Shown: piece after piece, positions 48,811 to 57,756 of the stretch | Layout of the letters: every line of letters begins with the position of its first letter | How positions within the stretch are numbered: the stretch's first letter is position 1 | Sequence record: NC_027364.1 | Reading direction: 5' to 3' (one strand) | Length of the DNA stretch: 64,000 nt | Position numbers and translations under genes: made by a program | The notes under the pieces: generated by a model | Seen by the model: the letters and a program-made list of their open reading frames with translations, nothing else | Databases searched by the model: none | What the model was told of the DNA's origin: nothing

Positions 48811-49361
48811 AATAGTTCCTTATACATATTATGTACTTTACAAATCTCATTATAGTATTTCATATCAATATCATTTGTATTAAAAACGGAAACAGACAAT
48901 ACCGCTAAATCATCAATGAAGTAATTATTATCGGCGTACTCTTTTAACTTATTGAACATATAGATGCATTTTATACTTAATTCATCATGCAACACACTGT
49001 TCTGAAAAATATTCTCTTCAGTATTAGGAGATAAGTAATCTTCAATTATATACGATAAACTACTATCGCAATCTTTATAGATTGAAATTGATGGATGTAA
49101 TGTGTCATACATTACACAAAACAGATCACCGTCATATGTGGATATTAAACTATTATTGGAAACAGTAGGATGATAATATTTCAGTACTGAAAACTTTGAA
49201 CAATCAGTGCAGTAAAAATGATCCATCCCTCGACGACTTTCGTATGAGAATAGTTTACTTGTATATTCAATCCCTTTGGTGCGACGGATTGTTTCATGCA
49301 TTTCATTGCATTGCATTAAAATTACCATACGTTCAAACGCAAGATCTAAATCATCGTACAT
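48801..49361 (-). CDS. FQ-box family protein
   Basis: NTEENIFQNSVLH. Confidence 0.75.
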   Translation of the reverse strand: MYDDLDLAFERMVILMQCNEMHETIRRTKGIEYTSKLFSYESRRGMDHFYCTDCSKFSVLKYYHPTVSNNSLISTYDGDLFCVMYDTLHPSISIYKDCDSSLSYIIEDYLSPNTEENIFQNSVLHDELSIKCIYMFNKLKEYADNNYFIDDLAVLSVSVFNTNDIDMKYYNEICKVHNMYKELLCQ

Positions 49362-49542
49362 AACGGATATCCTTCTTCAACGAATTAATATATTCTAAAA
49401 TAACTTGTTCTTGGTATTGGGTTCCTAAGTACATCAGTACTTTCAACTCTTTGAATTCAGTACTATATGAGTCTGTTTGCATCATTCTAGTAGAATATAT
49501 ATTGAATAGTTTAGCAATGTCATTTTGGTCTATTATTATCAT
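49351..49542 (-). CDS. LGTxxQE small-protein family
   Basis: VLMYLGTQYQEQ. Confidence 0.7.
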   Translation of the reverse strand: MIIIDQNDIAKLFNIYSTRMMQTDSYSTEFKELKVLMYLGTQYQEQVILEYINSLKKDIRYVR

Positions 49543-49738
49543 ATATTCTCTTCTGGATTAGTTCCTGTAAGTGCTGAATATAACCCTTCATTGCAACATC
49601 CTGTTTGTTAGAGCCAACGAAGAACAAGAGCTTAAAGTCATGGTAATCCATTTTTGGTTTAGTAGTGAACCATATGTCCCACACTGCACTCACAGTTCTC
49701 ATGTATTCAATTCGATTAAATGTTTTTGAATACTTCAT
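49520..49738 (-). CDS. LGTxxQE small-protein family
   Basis: LLFFVGSNKQDV. Confidence 0.7.
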   Translation of the reverse strand: MKYSKTFNRIEYMRTVSAVWDIWFTTKPKMDYHDFKLLFFVGSNKQDVAMKGYIQHLQELIQKRIYDNNRPK

Positions 49739-50252
49739 CGATGTTCATCGCCAATAAGTTAATATACAAATTACTGTTAAATGCAATCTGCAATTCCATA
49801 TAGAACTGAATGATAGCATAGTCAGGGTCAGTACACGATAGTTGAAAACACTGTTCGTCAAATGCATTGTAATTGTACTTAGGGATGTGAATTTCACGCT
49901 TCAAATCAGGTTGACCCCACTTCATCGCATACACACCAATGTTATTGTTCTTTTTCCTTTTCTTAAATGTTAATTGTTGAATATTTCCAGCGTTGTCTAG
50001 GAAAATAGTATTATTCGACACAGGTGCACCAATAGAAAACAATGATGTATCAATTACGTGTGTCTCACGCACCTCACACTTCTGGAATGCCCCAGTACCC
50101 TGTAATACATAATGAAAATTGTACTTCTCATTAACAACAGTACTAGGATCGATTAAACCAGTACTGCATTTTTTGAGTACTGGTACAATGGTGCGAATCT
50201 TTTTTGATAAATCTTGTAATGCATCAAAGTCATTGATGTTAACTTTCATCAC
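49716..50252 (-). CDS. FQ-box family protein
   Basis: AFDEQCFQLSCT. Confidence 0.75.
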   Translation of the reverse strand: MMKVNINDFDALQDLSKKIRTIVPVLKKCSTGLIDPSTVVNEKYNFHYVLQGTGAFQKCEVRETHVIDTSLFSIGAPVSNNTIFLDNAGNIQQLTFKKRKKNNNIGVYAMKWGQPDLKREIHIPKYNYNAFDEQCFQLSCTDPDYAIIQFYMELQIAFNSNLYINLLAMNIDEVFKNI

Positions 50253-50698
50253 TCGAATGTAGCCTCTTCAGTAGTAACAAAATTGGTTAGTGTATCCAGT
50301 TCAGCAGTGTCAAGATAAAATACATCTAGTACAGATTTCTGATATATTACACTGAATGTGCATAGATTGTCAAGTGTTCCTTGTTCATAAACAGTACTAC
50401 CCTGGAAGTACCCTTCTTCAGTACTCAGGGATAAAATATCTGAAATTTTAAAAGATTCTTCAGTTGTATGTCTTTCTATATTAACTATATTGCCGTTTCG
50501 GTTCAATGAAATATAATCGTATGCTAACTCAATTAGACTATAATTATCCGCATTAGTGTCAAATAAAGCGACAATTTTTCGTCTCAATCTCTCATCGTGA
50601 TCATGGTTTTCATCAGCTAAGTATTCAGGATTTTCTTTGAAGAACTTAACAACTTTTAGAATATCATTTGCTTTCTTGATTGCACTTTCGTAACTCAT
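50249..50698 (-). CDS. FQ-box family protein, long class
   Basis: STEEGYFQGSTVY. Confidence 0.75.
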   Translation of the reverse strand: MSYESAIKKANDILKVVKFFKENPEYLADENHDHDERLRRKIVALFDTNADNYSLIELAYDYISLNRNGNIVNIERHTTEESFKISDILSLSTEEGYFQGSTVYEQGTLDNLCTFSVIYQKSVLDVFYLDTAELDTLTNFVTTEEATFE

Positions 50699-51003
50699 AA
50701 TAATTCAACCACTCCATCTCTAAAGTACATATAACTACCACCATTGGATACTGTGAATTCTATTGTCCCCAATAATATATTATATTTTTTTATTTCACAT
50801 GTAGTACTTGTAGTGTAAGGCTCACCATCTCCTAAGTACATTGACATATGACATAGAACTTTTCTACCAGCATATTTCTCTTCAAACGATTGTTCAAAAC
50901 TATGCATAATTTGATTTAAAGCTGAAATGTAATTAATAAAGTCAGGTATTTCTGTCAATGAATTATAAACCGTACAAAGTGAATCAAATTCATTTTTAGT
51001 CAT
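50695..51003 (-). CDS. small helix-plus-beta-barrel family protein
   Basis: EKYAGRKVLC segment. Confidence 0.7.
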   Translation of the reverse strand: MTKNEFDSLCTVYNSLTEIPDFINYISALNQIMHSFEQSFEEKYAGRKVLCHMSMYLGDGEPYTTSTTCEIKKYNILLGTIEFTVSNGGSYMYFRDGVVELL

Positions 51004-51317
51004 TATATTTCTATCTCAATGTAATCCTGTGTGATTAAGTAATCCCAATGATACTTCACCTGCTTTTGTAATTCAATTAACGTAAAGAAGTTGATCGATT
51101 TATCCCACACGAGCGATTCCTGGAAAATAAATGATTCATGTTCATCGTAATAATCACACTCTAAAAAATCAGGTATATATTCACTATCGTGAATGTATTC
51201 AACAAACGAACTAGCTTGGCATTTCTTTACTACTAGTAATAATGAATTATCATGATCAAACAGATACAATAAACTAATTTCACCAGGGACGTACTGAACA
51301 CTGAATAAGTTTTTCAT
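51003..51317 (-). CDS. FQ-box family protein, short class
   Basis: EHESFIFQESLVWD. Confidence 0.75.
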   Translation of the reverse strand: MKNLFSVQYVPGEISLLYLFDHDNSLLLVVKKCQASSFVEYIHDSEYIPDFLECDYYDEHESFIFQESLVWDKSINFFTLIELQKQVKYHWDYLITQDYIEIEI

Positions 51318-51766
51318 TCTATACCTTCTGGATCTTTACGAAGTTCTTCGAAATCCAAATAAAATCGAGGACAGTTAACACTCTTTAAGTACCACATAAT
51401 AACTAATGCTTCAAGTACTTCATCATCGTAAACAGTACTGTTTTGGAAGTAATATTCTTCACTATCCCACGGACCATCCAGTACTTCATAATTCAAAATT
51501 AATGGTTTTTTGCGATTAATAAAACGAATGCTACCATTTTCAACATAACTAATAAATTCTGCATCTCTATTGTATTCAGAAAACGATATAGGACTATTGG
51601 AATTCAACCCAAGAATAACCCTTACACCAACGGAGTTATTATACATTTCATCTTTGTAGTAGTTGCCGTTCTCGGCTTTGTACACTTCTTTGAACTTTCC
51701 TGCCTTTATATCGTCAAAGTATCCATGTAGTTCTTTTGCTTTTTCAAGAGCACTTTGTAATGACAT
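51314..51766 (-). CDS. FQ-box family, tandem copy 1 of 5
   Basis: VLDGPWDSEEYYFQNSTVY. Confidence 0.8.
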   Translation of the reverse strand: MSLQSALEKAKELHGYFDDIKAGKFKEVYKAENGNYYKDEMYNNSVGVRVILGLNSNSPISFSEYNRDAEFISYVENGSIRFINRKKPLILNYEVLDGPWDSEEYYFQNSTVYDDEVLEALVIMWYLKSVNCPRFYLDFEELRKDPEGIE

Positions 51767-52232
51767 TACCTTCTCCTACAGTATTCTCTACATATTCATA
51801 ATCAAAATAGAAACTACTGGAGTCAATACTTTTGAAATACCACATAATCACAATAACATCCAGTTCTTCTTCATTGTACAACGTACTATTCTGGAAGTAA
51901 TACTCTTCACTATCCCACGGACCTTCTAGTACTGAATAAGGAATGATAGTGTCATCAGCATCACTATCTGTGTTGTAGATGGTAATATCTTCATTACGGC
52001 AATAACTAATGTACTGATTGTACATATGATATTCACAGTTATCACTGTCACCAGTATCAGTGTGCAGTACTAATGTTTCTGCACATATCTCGGACTCGTC
52101 ATAATCGTCACGGTCTTTTACAAAAAATTCAGTATCAGATGTTTTATATACACCTGGAACTGAACCTTCTTGTACCATAATCATATACTCATGAATCTTC
52201 TTTGCTTCTTTCAATGCACTTTGTAACGACAT
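51744..52232 (-). CDS. FQ-box family, tandem copy 2 of 5
   Basis: VLEGPWDSEEYYFQNSTLY. Confidence 0.8.
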   Translation of the reverse strand: MSLQSALKEAKKIHEYMIMVQEGSVPGVYKTSDTEFFVKDRDDYDESEICAETLVLHTDTGDSDNCEYHMYNQYISYCRNEDITIYNTDSDADDTIIPYSVLEGPWDSEEYYFQNSTLYNEEELDVIVIMWYFKSIDSSSFYFDYEYVENTVGEGNVITKCS

Positions 52233-52675
52233 TACAAATCCCCTGAACTTAAATATTCACATGCTCCCCAGTCAAGAAAGAATGGTTCAAAATTCAATTC
52301 CTTAAAGTACCACAACACAACCAAGGAATCAAGCATTTCTTGGTTAAAAATGAAACTCTGTTGGAAGTAATACTCTTCAGTACCCCACGGGCCATCAAGT
52401 ACCCCGAAGTCAACAGGTGCATTTGATGTGTCAAACGTAATCTTAGTACCTGGAATATATACAAAAAAACTAGTATATTGACTACATGAAGAGTACTGTA
52501 TAGTATTGTCTTTATCCTGTCCCATAAGTAAAATATCATCAGAATATGTCTTTATACCTGATAGATAATACTCATCACCAAATGCACTTACTTTATCACC
52601 ATAGAACCCACTTTTTATGTTATCGTGGAAGTGATGTATTCTGTGTGCTAGTTCAAGTGCACTTGCTAAACTCAT
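52232..52675 (-). CDS. FQ-box family, tandem copy 3 of 5
   Basis: VLDGPWGTEEYYFQQSFIF. Confidence 0.8.
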   Translation of the reverse strand: MSLASALELAHRIHHFHDNIKSGFYGDKVSAFGDEYYLSGIKTYSDDILLMGQDKDNTIQYSSCSQYTSFFVYIPGTKITFDTSNAPVDFGVLDGPWGTEEYYFQQSFIFNQEMLDSLVVLWYFKELNFEPFFLDWGACEYLSSGDL

Positions 52676-53142
52676 ATATCCTCTTTAATAACTCGTAGTA
52701 GATCCAAGTCCAAATAGAAGCTAGGACAATCTGTATTATTAAAGTACCACAGAATGACAAGCTTGTCAAGTACATCTTCTGCGTAGATCGTATTCTGCTG
52801 GAAGTAGTACTCTTCACTTCCCCAGTCATTATCCAGTACTGAATACGGAAGATGTTTCTCTGCTGCACCAGATATAATGTCAGAATCTTGTATTAAAATA
52901 TCAGCATCACGACAGAAGTACATGTAATTATCTTCCAAATTAACATCACACCCATTGAGTGTTGTTTCAGAAGAATCTAAGTTTTCTTCATACATGTGAA
53001 TGTACTCACTACTGTCATCGTATCTCATTCGACAATAAGATTTACCTTCCTTGAATAGATATCCATTGAGACAATTTGCTACAATTTCTTTGCTGCATAA
53101 ATCAATTAACTTCGCAATCTCTAATGCTCTTTCTAAACTCAT
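52672..53142 (-). CDS. FQ-box family, tandem copy 4 of 5
   Basis: VLDNDWGSEEYYFQQNTIY. Confidence 0.8.
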   Translation of the reverse strand: MSLERALEIAKLIDLCSKEIVANCLNGYLFKEGKSYCRMRYDDSSEYIHMYEENLDSSETTLNGCDVNLEDNYMYFCRDADILIQDSDIISGAAEKHLPYSVLDNDWGSEEYYFQQNTIYAEDVLDKLVILWYFNNTDCPSFYLDLDLLRVIKEDI

Positions 53143-53143
53143 T

Positions 53144-53635
53144 TTAACCCCTGTTAATACCGTTATCTACAGTTTTCTTTACGTATTTGTAATCGAAATA
53201 GAAGTTCCCAGAACCAATACTTTTAAAGTACCACATAATTATAATAACATCAAGCACTTCATTATCGTATACAGTACTTTGTTGGAAGTAATACTCTTCA
53301 CTATCCCACGGACCTTCCAGTACTTCACTCGGAATTATAATGTCATCGGAATCGCTATCAGTACTGTAGATGGTATCTGTATCATTAATATAGACCATGT
53401 ACTCATTATGCATATTAATGAAGCATTCATAATCATTAGGGTCGGTATCCAGTACACACGTTTCTGTATCCAGTACGCACGTTTCTGTATCTGAGTCGTC
53501 ATTATTAAGGAGGTTATCCGGTACATAATATTGAGTACTTGTGTCTTTGAAAACACCGTAAACTGAACCTTCTTTTGCCATATTCATGTACTCATGAATC
53601 TTCTTTGCTTTTTCCAATGAACTCTGTAATGTCAT
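53144..53635 (-). CDS. FQ-box family, tandem copy 5 of 5
   Basis: VLEGPWDSEEYYFQQSTVY. Confidence 0.8.
   Translation of the reverse strand: MTLQSSLEKAKKIHEYMNMAKEGSVYGVFKDTSTQYYVPDNLLNNDDSDTETCVLDTETCVLDTDPNDYECFINMHNEYMVYINDTDTIYSTDSDSDDIIIPSEVLEGPWDSEEYYFQQSTVYDNEVLDVIIIMWYFKSIGSGNFYFDYKYVKKTVDNGINRG
53445..53491. repeat. 21-bp in-frame tandem duplication (about 2.2 copies)
   Basis: GTATCCAGTACACACGTTTCT / GTATCCAGTACGCACGTTTCT / GTATC, encoding ETCVLDT twice. Confidence 0.9.
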
Positions 53636-53644
53636 TTTATAATC

Positions 53645-53998
53645 TCATATATTGAAATAATAATTATTCGTTCTTGATGGGGATGGATTAAATACGTTTT
53701 CTTTTTCAAATCTCTTCATTTCATTTTGCAAAGAAACCATTTCTTCAAATGTACAGGAGTACTTATTCTTATCAAACACTAATGCAGCCTGAAATAGTTC
53801 ACCATCGTCCAGTACTGTATAATCTATAAGACTCTCAGATTCATAGTCATCATGTGATACATGAATAAATTTAAAACAAGAATCTTTGTAATGCATATAT
53901 AAACTCAACTCATGTTCCGAGTCTCCCTTAATAAGATTACAGCACAAGTCCCATCCTTTAGGTAACTTATAATAGTACATAGAATAATCATATGTCAT
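53645..53998 (-). CDS. FQ-box family, short class, triplet copy 1
   Basis: DYTVLDDGELFQAALVFDK. Confidence 0.8.
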   Translation of the reverse strand: MTYDYSMYYYKLPKGWDLCCNLIKGDSEHELSLYMHYKDSCFKFIHVSHDDYESESLIDYTVLDDGELFQAALVFDKNKYSCTFEEMVSLQNEMKRFEKENVFNPSPSRTNNYYFNI

Positions 53999-54354
53999 TC
54001 TTGAATTCCTAAATTGAATTTGTATTCTTGATTAATACTTGCATTGGGTTTATTCAAAGCAGCATACTCTTTCATTTCATTTTGTATTGCAATAACTTCT
54101 TCAAATGTACACAAGTACTTCTTATCAAATACTAATGATTCTTGGAATAGTTCTGCGGTATCCATTAATGTATAGTCAGGCATATCTTGGTGTGGATACT
54201 GTAATGAACTGTAATCAATGAATGTAAATTTACCCTGAGTGTAATGAATATACTCATTTGCACTGTGCATTAAATCACCTTTGTTTAAATTACAAAAGTA
54301 CTGATAACTGTGCTTAAAAGAATGTACTGATATTAAAAAATCAAATTCCATCAC
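53995..54354 (-). CDS. FQ-box family, short class, triplet copy 2
   Basis: DYTLMDTAELFQESLVFDK. Confidence 0.8.
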   Translation of the reverse strand: MMEFDFLISVHSFKHSYQYFCNLNKGDLMHSANEYIHYTQGKFTFIDYSSLQYPHQDMPDYTLMDTAELFQESLVFDKKYLCTFEEVIAIQNEMKEYAALNKPNASINQEYKFNLGIQE

Positions 54355-54728
54355 TCTTCCCCTAGATTGAAATGATTACAAAAATTATCTTCACCAGTAC
54401 TGCACCAGATATCTATACATTCCCTGTGAATACATTTAATTCTACGCTGTAATTCAATCATCTCTTCTAATGTACAGATGTACTTCTTATCAAATACTAA
54501 TGCCTCCTGAAACAGTGCAGCATCATCAAGTACTGTATAGTCCAACATCTCGGTTGCTTTACCCCTAAACCCAGTACTAAAATCCATCAAATAAAAGTCA
54601 GCATTCCAGTACTTTAAAATCTTGTCCCTAGCGTAGTTTAAATCACCCTTGTATAAGTTAGAGTGCGTAACTAACTCACCAGTGTACATCCATGTCCTTG
54701 CACAAAATTCATTATATTTTATTTCCAT
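54351..54728 (-). CDS. FQ-box family, short class, triplet copy 3
   Basis: DYTVLDDAALFQEALVFDK; start re-set to MEIKY. Confidence 0.8.
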   Translation of the reverse strand: MEIKYNEFCARTWMYTGELVTHSNLYKGDLNYARDKILKYWNADFYLMDFSTGFRGKATEMLDYTVLDDAALFQEALVFDKKYICTLEEMIELQRRIKCIHRECIDIWCSTGEDNFCNHFNLGEE

Positions 54729-54769
54729 CTTAATCTCTACTATAATTAATAAGGTAAACTCCAATATAA

Positions 54770-54920
54770 GGAGCACGTTGCGGGGCGGGGTATTTTTTTG
54801 TTTCAGGAAACATGCCCTGTACTCTGAAAAACACAATATAAAACTTTATATTAAACATATACCTTAACATGTTTTTCAGCGGAAATTTTTTTGACCCCCC
54901 CCTGCGGCCTGTCAAAATGA
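54770..54920. other. non-coding element with G/C runs and nested inverted repeats
   Basis: GCGGGGCGGGG; CTGAAAAACA/TGTTTTTCAG (54824-33, 54870-79); TTTTGAC-C-run-GTCAAAA (54889-917). Confidence 0.55.
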
Positions 54921-54927
54921 AACGTCT

Positions 54928-55137
54928 CTATTTATTCAGCCTAGAAAGCTTGATTTCTTCAATCCTTTTCATTGCACAAAGCCTTCGACTCGTCATCTCG
55001 TATAAATTCAATACTCGGTTTACCGTATTATCTACACTCTGAACCAAATATGTATCCTTCAAAATCAAATCCATCATGTATTCAAAACCCTTAATACTAT
55101 GCGAACTTATCACTTCCGGCTCTTCAAACGTAATCAT
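54928..55137 (-). CDS. small helical hypothetical protein
   Basis: 69 aa. Confidence 0.65.
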   Translation of the reverse strand: MITFEEPEVISSHSIKGFEYMMDLILKDTYLVQSVDNTVNRVLNLYEMTSRRLCAMKRIEEIKLSRLNK

Positions 55138-55327
55138 AATTCCAATCCCCTATTCCCTCTAACCTTCTAAGATATCTTGCGTAAATTATTTCGAAATATC
55201 TGTGCAACGAAATTACGGATTGCTCATAATCATCATTCCTGTACATTGTGCATGTAAGAAAATCATTTAAACCGTAATCTAAACTGCACTTGAACTTCTC
55301 CTTTGCAACATCTCTAAAATTATTCAT
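55124..55327 (-). CDS. small helical hypothetical protein
   Basis: 67 aa, GAGGA SD. Confidence 0.65.
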   Translation of the reverse strand: MNNFRDVAKEKFKCSLDYGLNDFLTCTMYRNDDYEQSVISLHRYFEIIYARYLRRLEGIGDWNYDYV

Positions 55328-55487
55328 AATATGTCCTCTGTACAGCGTAGGTGTACTGTGAACTCAGCACCACTAATAGGTAATCTATATTGTAAGCACG
55401 ATTTCCTCGTTGACTAGCACGACTGGAATAAAGAATATTATCCACATATGCATTGAACTGATCTTCAAATAACTCTTTCATCAGCAT
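55320..55487 (-). CDS. 55-aa protein missed by the ORF track
   Basis: MLMKELFEDQFNAY...VQRTYYE*, stop overlaps the next start. Confidence 0.55.
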   Translation of the reverse strand: MLMKELFEDQFNAYVDNILYSSRASQRGNRAYNIDYLLVVLSSQYTYAVQRTYYE

Positions 55488-55509
55488 TATACCATCACAT
55501 AATCATACA

Positions 55510-56061
55510 TCATACATTAACAACTTTATCGATGTAATCTTCTAACATATCAATATATCTGGTATTGGTTCTAACTAAAAGGTATGCAAATCCAGAAAAC
55601 TCCTGTGTATAATGCTTTACAGCGTACATACAACGAAGCTTATCATTGTCATACATTGTACTGTACTGAAACAAACTCTCGTCTGATAGCTCTAATAACG
55701 CTTGGGCTTCACTTCTCGTGAACTTCATAGGGTCATGTACTGCATCACAAAAACAAACCTGTGTCTCGCTATTGAAACCCTGTGATAGATATATACCTTC
55801 ACACTCTGAACGCACCGATACTGCATTATAACTATGTGTTGCCCCCATCATATCTGAACTCAAAACTAAAATCAACCCATTTTTATTTTTAATCAACAAA
55901 TCTGACTTAAGGGATTTGATCTCCGTATGGGAAATATCACCAAATCTTCCTGGGACTTCAAACTTATCAACGTTGTATACAATCTTTTGTACTTGCTCTT
56001 TTAAACGCTTAATTGCACTTCTGTCTTTTTCTAATGTATCTAATAAACTCATTGAACTCAT
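55510..56061 (-). CDS. FQ-box family protein
   Basis: LSDESLFQYSTMYD; start re-set to the AAGGA-preceded MSSM. Confidence 0.75.
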   Translation of the reverse strand: MSSMSLLDTLEKDRSAIKRLKEQVQKIVYNVDKFEVPGRFGDISHTEIKSLKSDLLIKNKNGLILVLSSDMMGATHSYNAVSVRSECEGIYLSQGFNSETQVCFCDAVHDPMKFTRSEAQALLELSDESLFQYSTMYDNDKLRCMYAVKHYTQEFSGFAYLLVRTNTRYIDMLEDYIDKVVNV

Positions 56062-56071
56062 TGTACTTTCC

Positions 56072-56416
56072 TTACATATTTGTACCGAACAAAACGGAAC
56101 TTTGAATGCCATTAATCGACACTTCATGTACATATATATTTTGTCTGAACAAAGGAACTAATTGAACTAAACTCGTTTGCATAATAATATGCATATGTAC
56201 ATTGTCATATGCCGTTTCGTATTGGAATCGTGCAGCTTCATCTTCTATGAAATTCGGAACTTGGACTGGATTCTCAAAATTTGTCCTTGTACTGAACTGT
56301 ACATCATTGTCCTGTACCTTAATACCATATGAATTATCATTGTTATCAACTACATCAAATTCAATTAAACTACCATCTTTACTGACGTTTACTATATAAA
56401 CCGAAAATCGACTCAT
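56072..56416 (-). CDS. FQ-box family protein, short class
   Basis: EDEAARFQYETAYD. Confidence 0.75.
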   Translation of the reverse strand: MSRFSVYIVNVSKDGSLIEFDVVDNNDNSYGIKVQDNDVQFSTRTNFENPVQVPNFIEDEAARFQYETAYDNVHMHIIMQTSLVQLVPLFRQNIYVHEVSINGIQSSVLFGTNM

Positions 56417-56928
56417 AAACCTATTTCCTCTAAATCTTTGACAAATGTATCATAATCCGATAATGACAAAAATATGTCTGTACTGATGTTCTGACGTAAT
56501 GTATTAAACAAATTATGTACCTGTAATAAATCAGGTGAATAAATCAGGGATTGCTGGAAATACGATTCTTCTGTATCTAATATATCCCTGCACTCAATTT
56601 CACGAACTCGTTGGTATATTGAATTTAATAATACATTTTCATCTTTGAGCATTGGAAGGTATCGGATGTACATGTTCTCCATCAACTCATCTTGGATTGA
56701 ACCCCTGAACTGCAACACGTATTCAAAACACATCACTACATCTTGTAGGTAATTGGCACTGTACTGATTACTATACACGATTTTATGACAACTGAACTCG
56801 GAATCATTTCTGAACCAATTGTTACCCTCTTTCCTGTACTTATGACTAAGCTTCCCATCCTCCAACGCTCGAATGAACTTCATAATGTTAATTGCAAAAT
56901 CATATGAATGATGCTTGTGTTGATGCAT
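56413..56928 (-). CDS. FQ-box family protein, long class
   Basis: DTEESYFQQSLIY. Confidence 0.75.
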   Translation of the reverse strand: MHQHKHHSYDFAINIMKFIRALEDGKLSHKYRKEGNNWFRNDSEFSCHKIVYSNQYSANYLQDVVMCFEYVLQFRGSIQDELMENMYIRYLPMLKDENVLLNSIYQRVREIECRDILDTEESYFQQSLIYSPDLLQVHNLFNTLRQNISTDIFLSLSDYDTFVKDLEEIGL

Positions 56929-56936
56929 TTTTTACC

Positions 56937-57131
56937 TCAATTCTGTCCGAAAAAATAACCAAAATGTTTAAAGCAAGAAAGCATTACTATGTTCATCACT
57001 CTATCATCAAATTCATCTTGTGTTTCTGCACATAATGTTTCACTGATATTCATATGTAATAATTCAAGCTGGAAACTATCGGTGAACCAATCAAACTTAC
57101 GGTATTTTTGTTTAACATCAACTGTAAGCAT
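56937..57131 (-). CDS. small hypothetical protein
   Basis: 64 aa filling the gap in the run. Confidence 0.6.
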   Translation of the reverse strand: MLTVDVKQKYRKFDWFTDSFQLELLHMNISETLCAETQDEFDDRVMNIVMLSCFKHFGYFFGQN

Positions 57132-57132
57132 A

Positions 57133-57756
57133 CTATATATCCAACCCTTTTACAACATCTACGAAATGTTCAAACACTTCTTTTGAAAAATAACCACCTT
57201 CACAAAAAAGCATACTAAACGGTGGCAGCATGTCCGATAACTCTTTAGCTAAATTGATTTCTGCTCTTAACTCTTGAACATCAATGATATCATGTACTAA
57301 AGATAATTGAAACATGAATGCATCTACATCTTCATTCATTTCTGAATTGTAATATAACTCTTCAGGGAATTTGTCGGTTTCGTAATAATAAAAAACTTTA
57401 TTGTTGAACACACCACTAATAGGAACATCATTTTCATCTTTCTTTGAAATGTTTGTTTCCCATGACTCTATATTATTAGGAACAAAAAAATCATAGGCTG
57501 ATTTTGAACCCTGTACTGAATCCAACTTTATTCCATAATATTCCGTATCCATGTATTTCTGCTGTAATGTAATACCACGTGTACTGACATTCACTTGGAA
57601 TATATCATCTTTATCTGGAACGCTAAATGGAATACATAACACTGAATTCTCAGGGTATTTGGCAATGAATGCATCCAGCACTTTATTAAGCACTGGAATG
57701 GCAATTTTACTGTACTGCATCAAATCATACATTTTAATTCTGGTCATATCATTCAC
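57133..57756 (-). CDS. FQ-box family protein
   Basis: DVDAFMFQLSLVHD. Confidence 0.75.
   Translation of the reverse strand: MNDMTRIKMYDLMQYSKIAIPVLNKVLDAFIAKYPENSVLCIPFSVPDKDDIFQVNVSTRGITLQQKYMDTEYYGIKLDSVQGSKSAYDFFVPNNIESWETNISKKDENDVPISGVFNNKVFYYYETDKFPEELYYNSEMNEDVDAFMFQLSLVHDIIDVQELRAEINLAKELSDMLPPFSMLFCEGGYFSKEVFEHFVDVVKGLDI

Noticed and set aside
51445-53314. CRISPR array or diversity-generating retroelement from the repeated 31-bp cassette
   Set aside because: Repeats are in-frame coding motifs about 450 bp apart; no cas or reverse transcriptase gene in the window, and differences are not clearly adenine-specific.
54730-54915. 61-aa ORF and the upstream extension of ORF 54351-54836
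   Set aside because: They translate homopolymer and inverted-repeat DNA; the paralogous domain starts at 54728.
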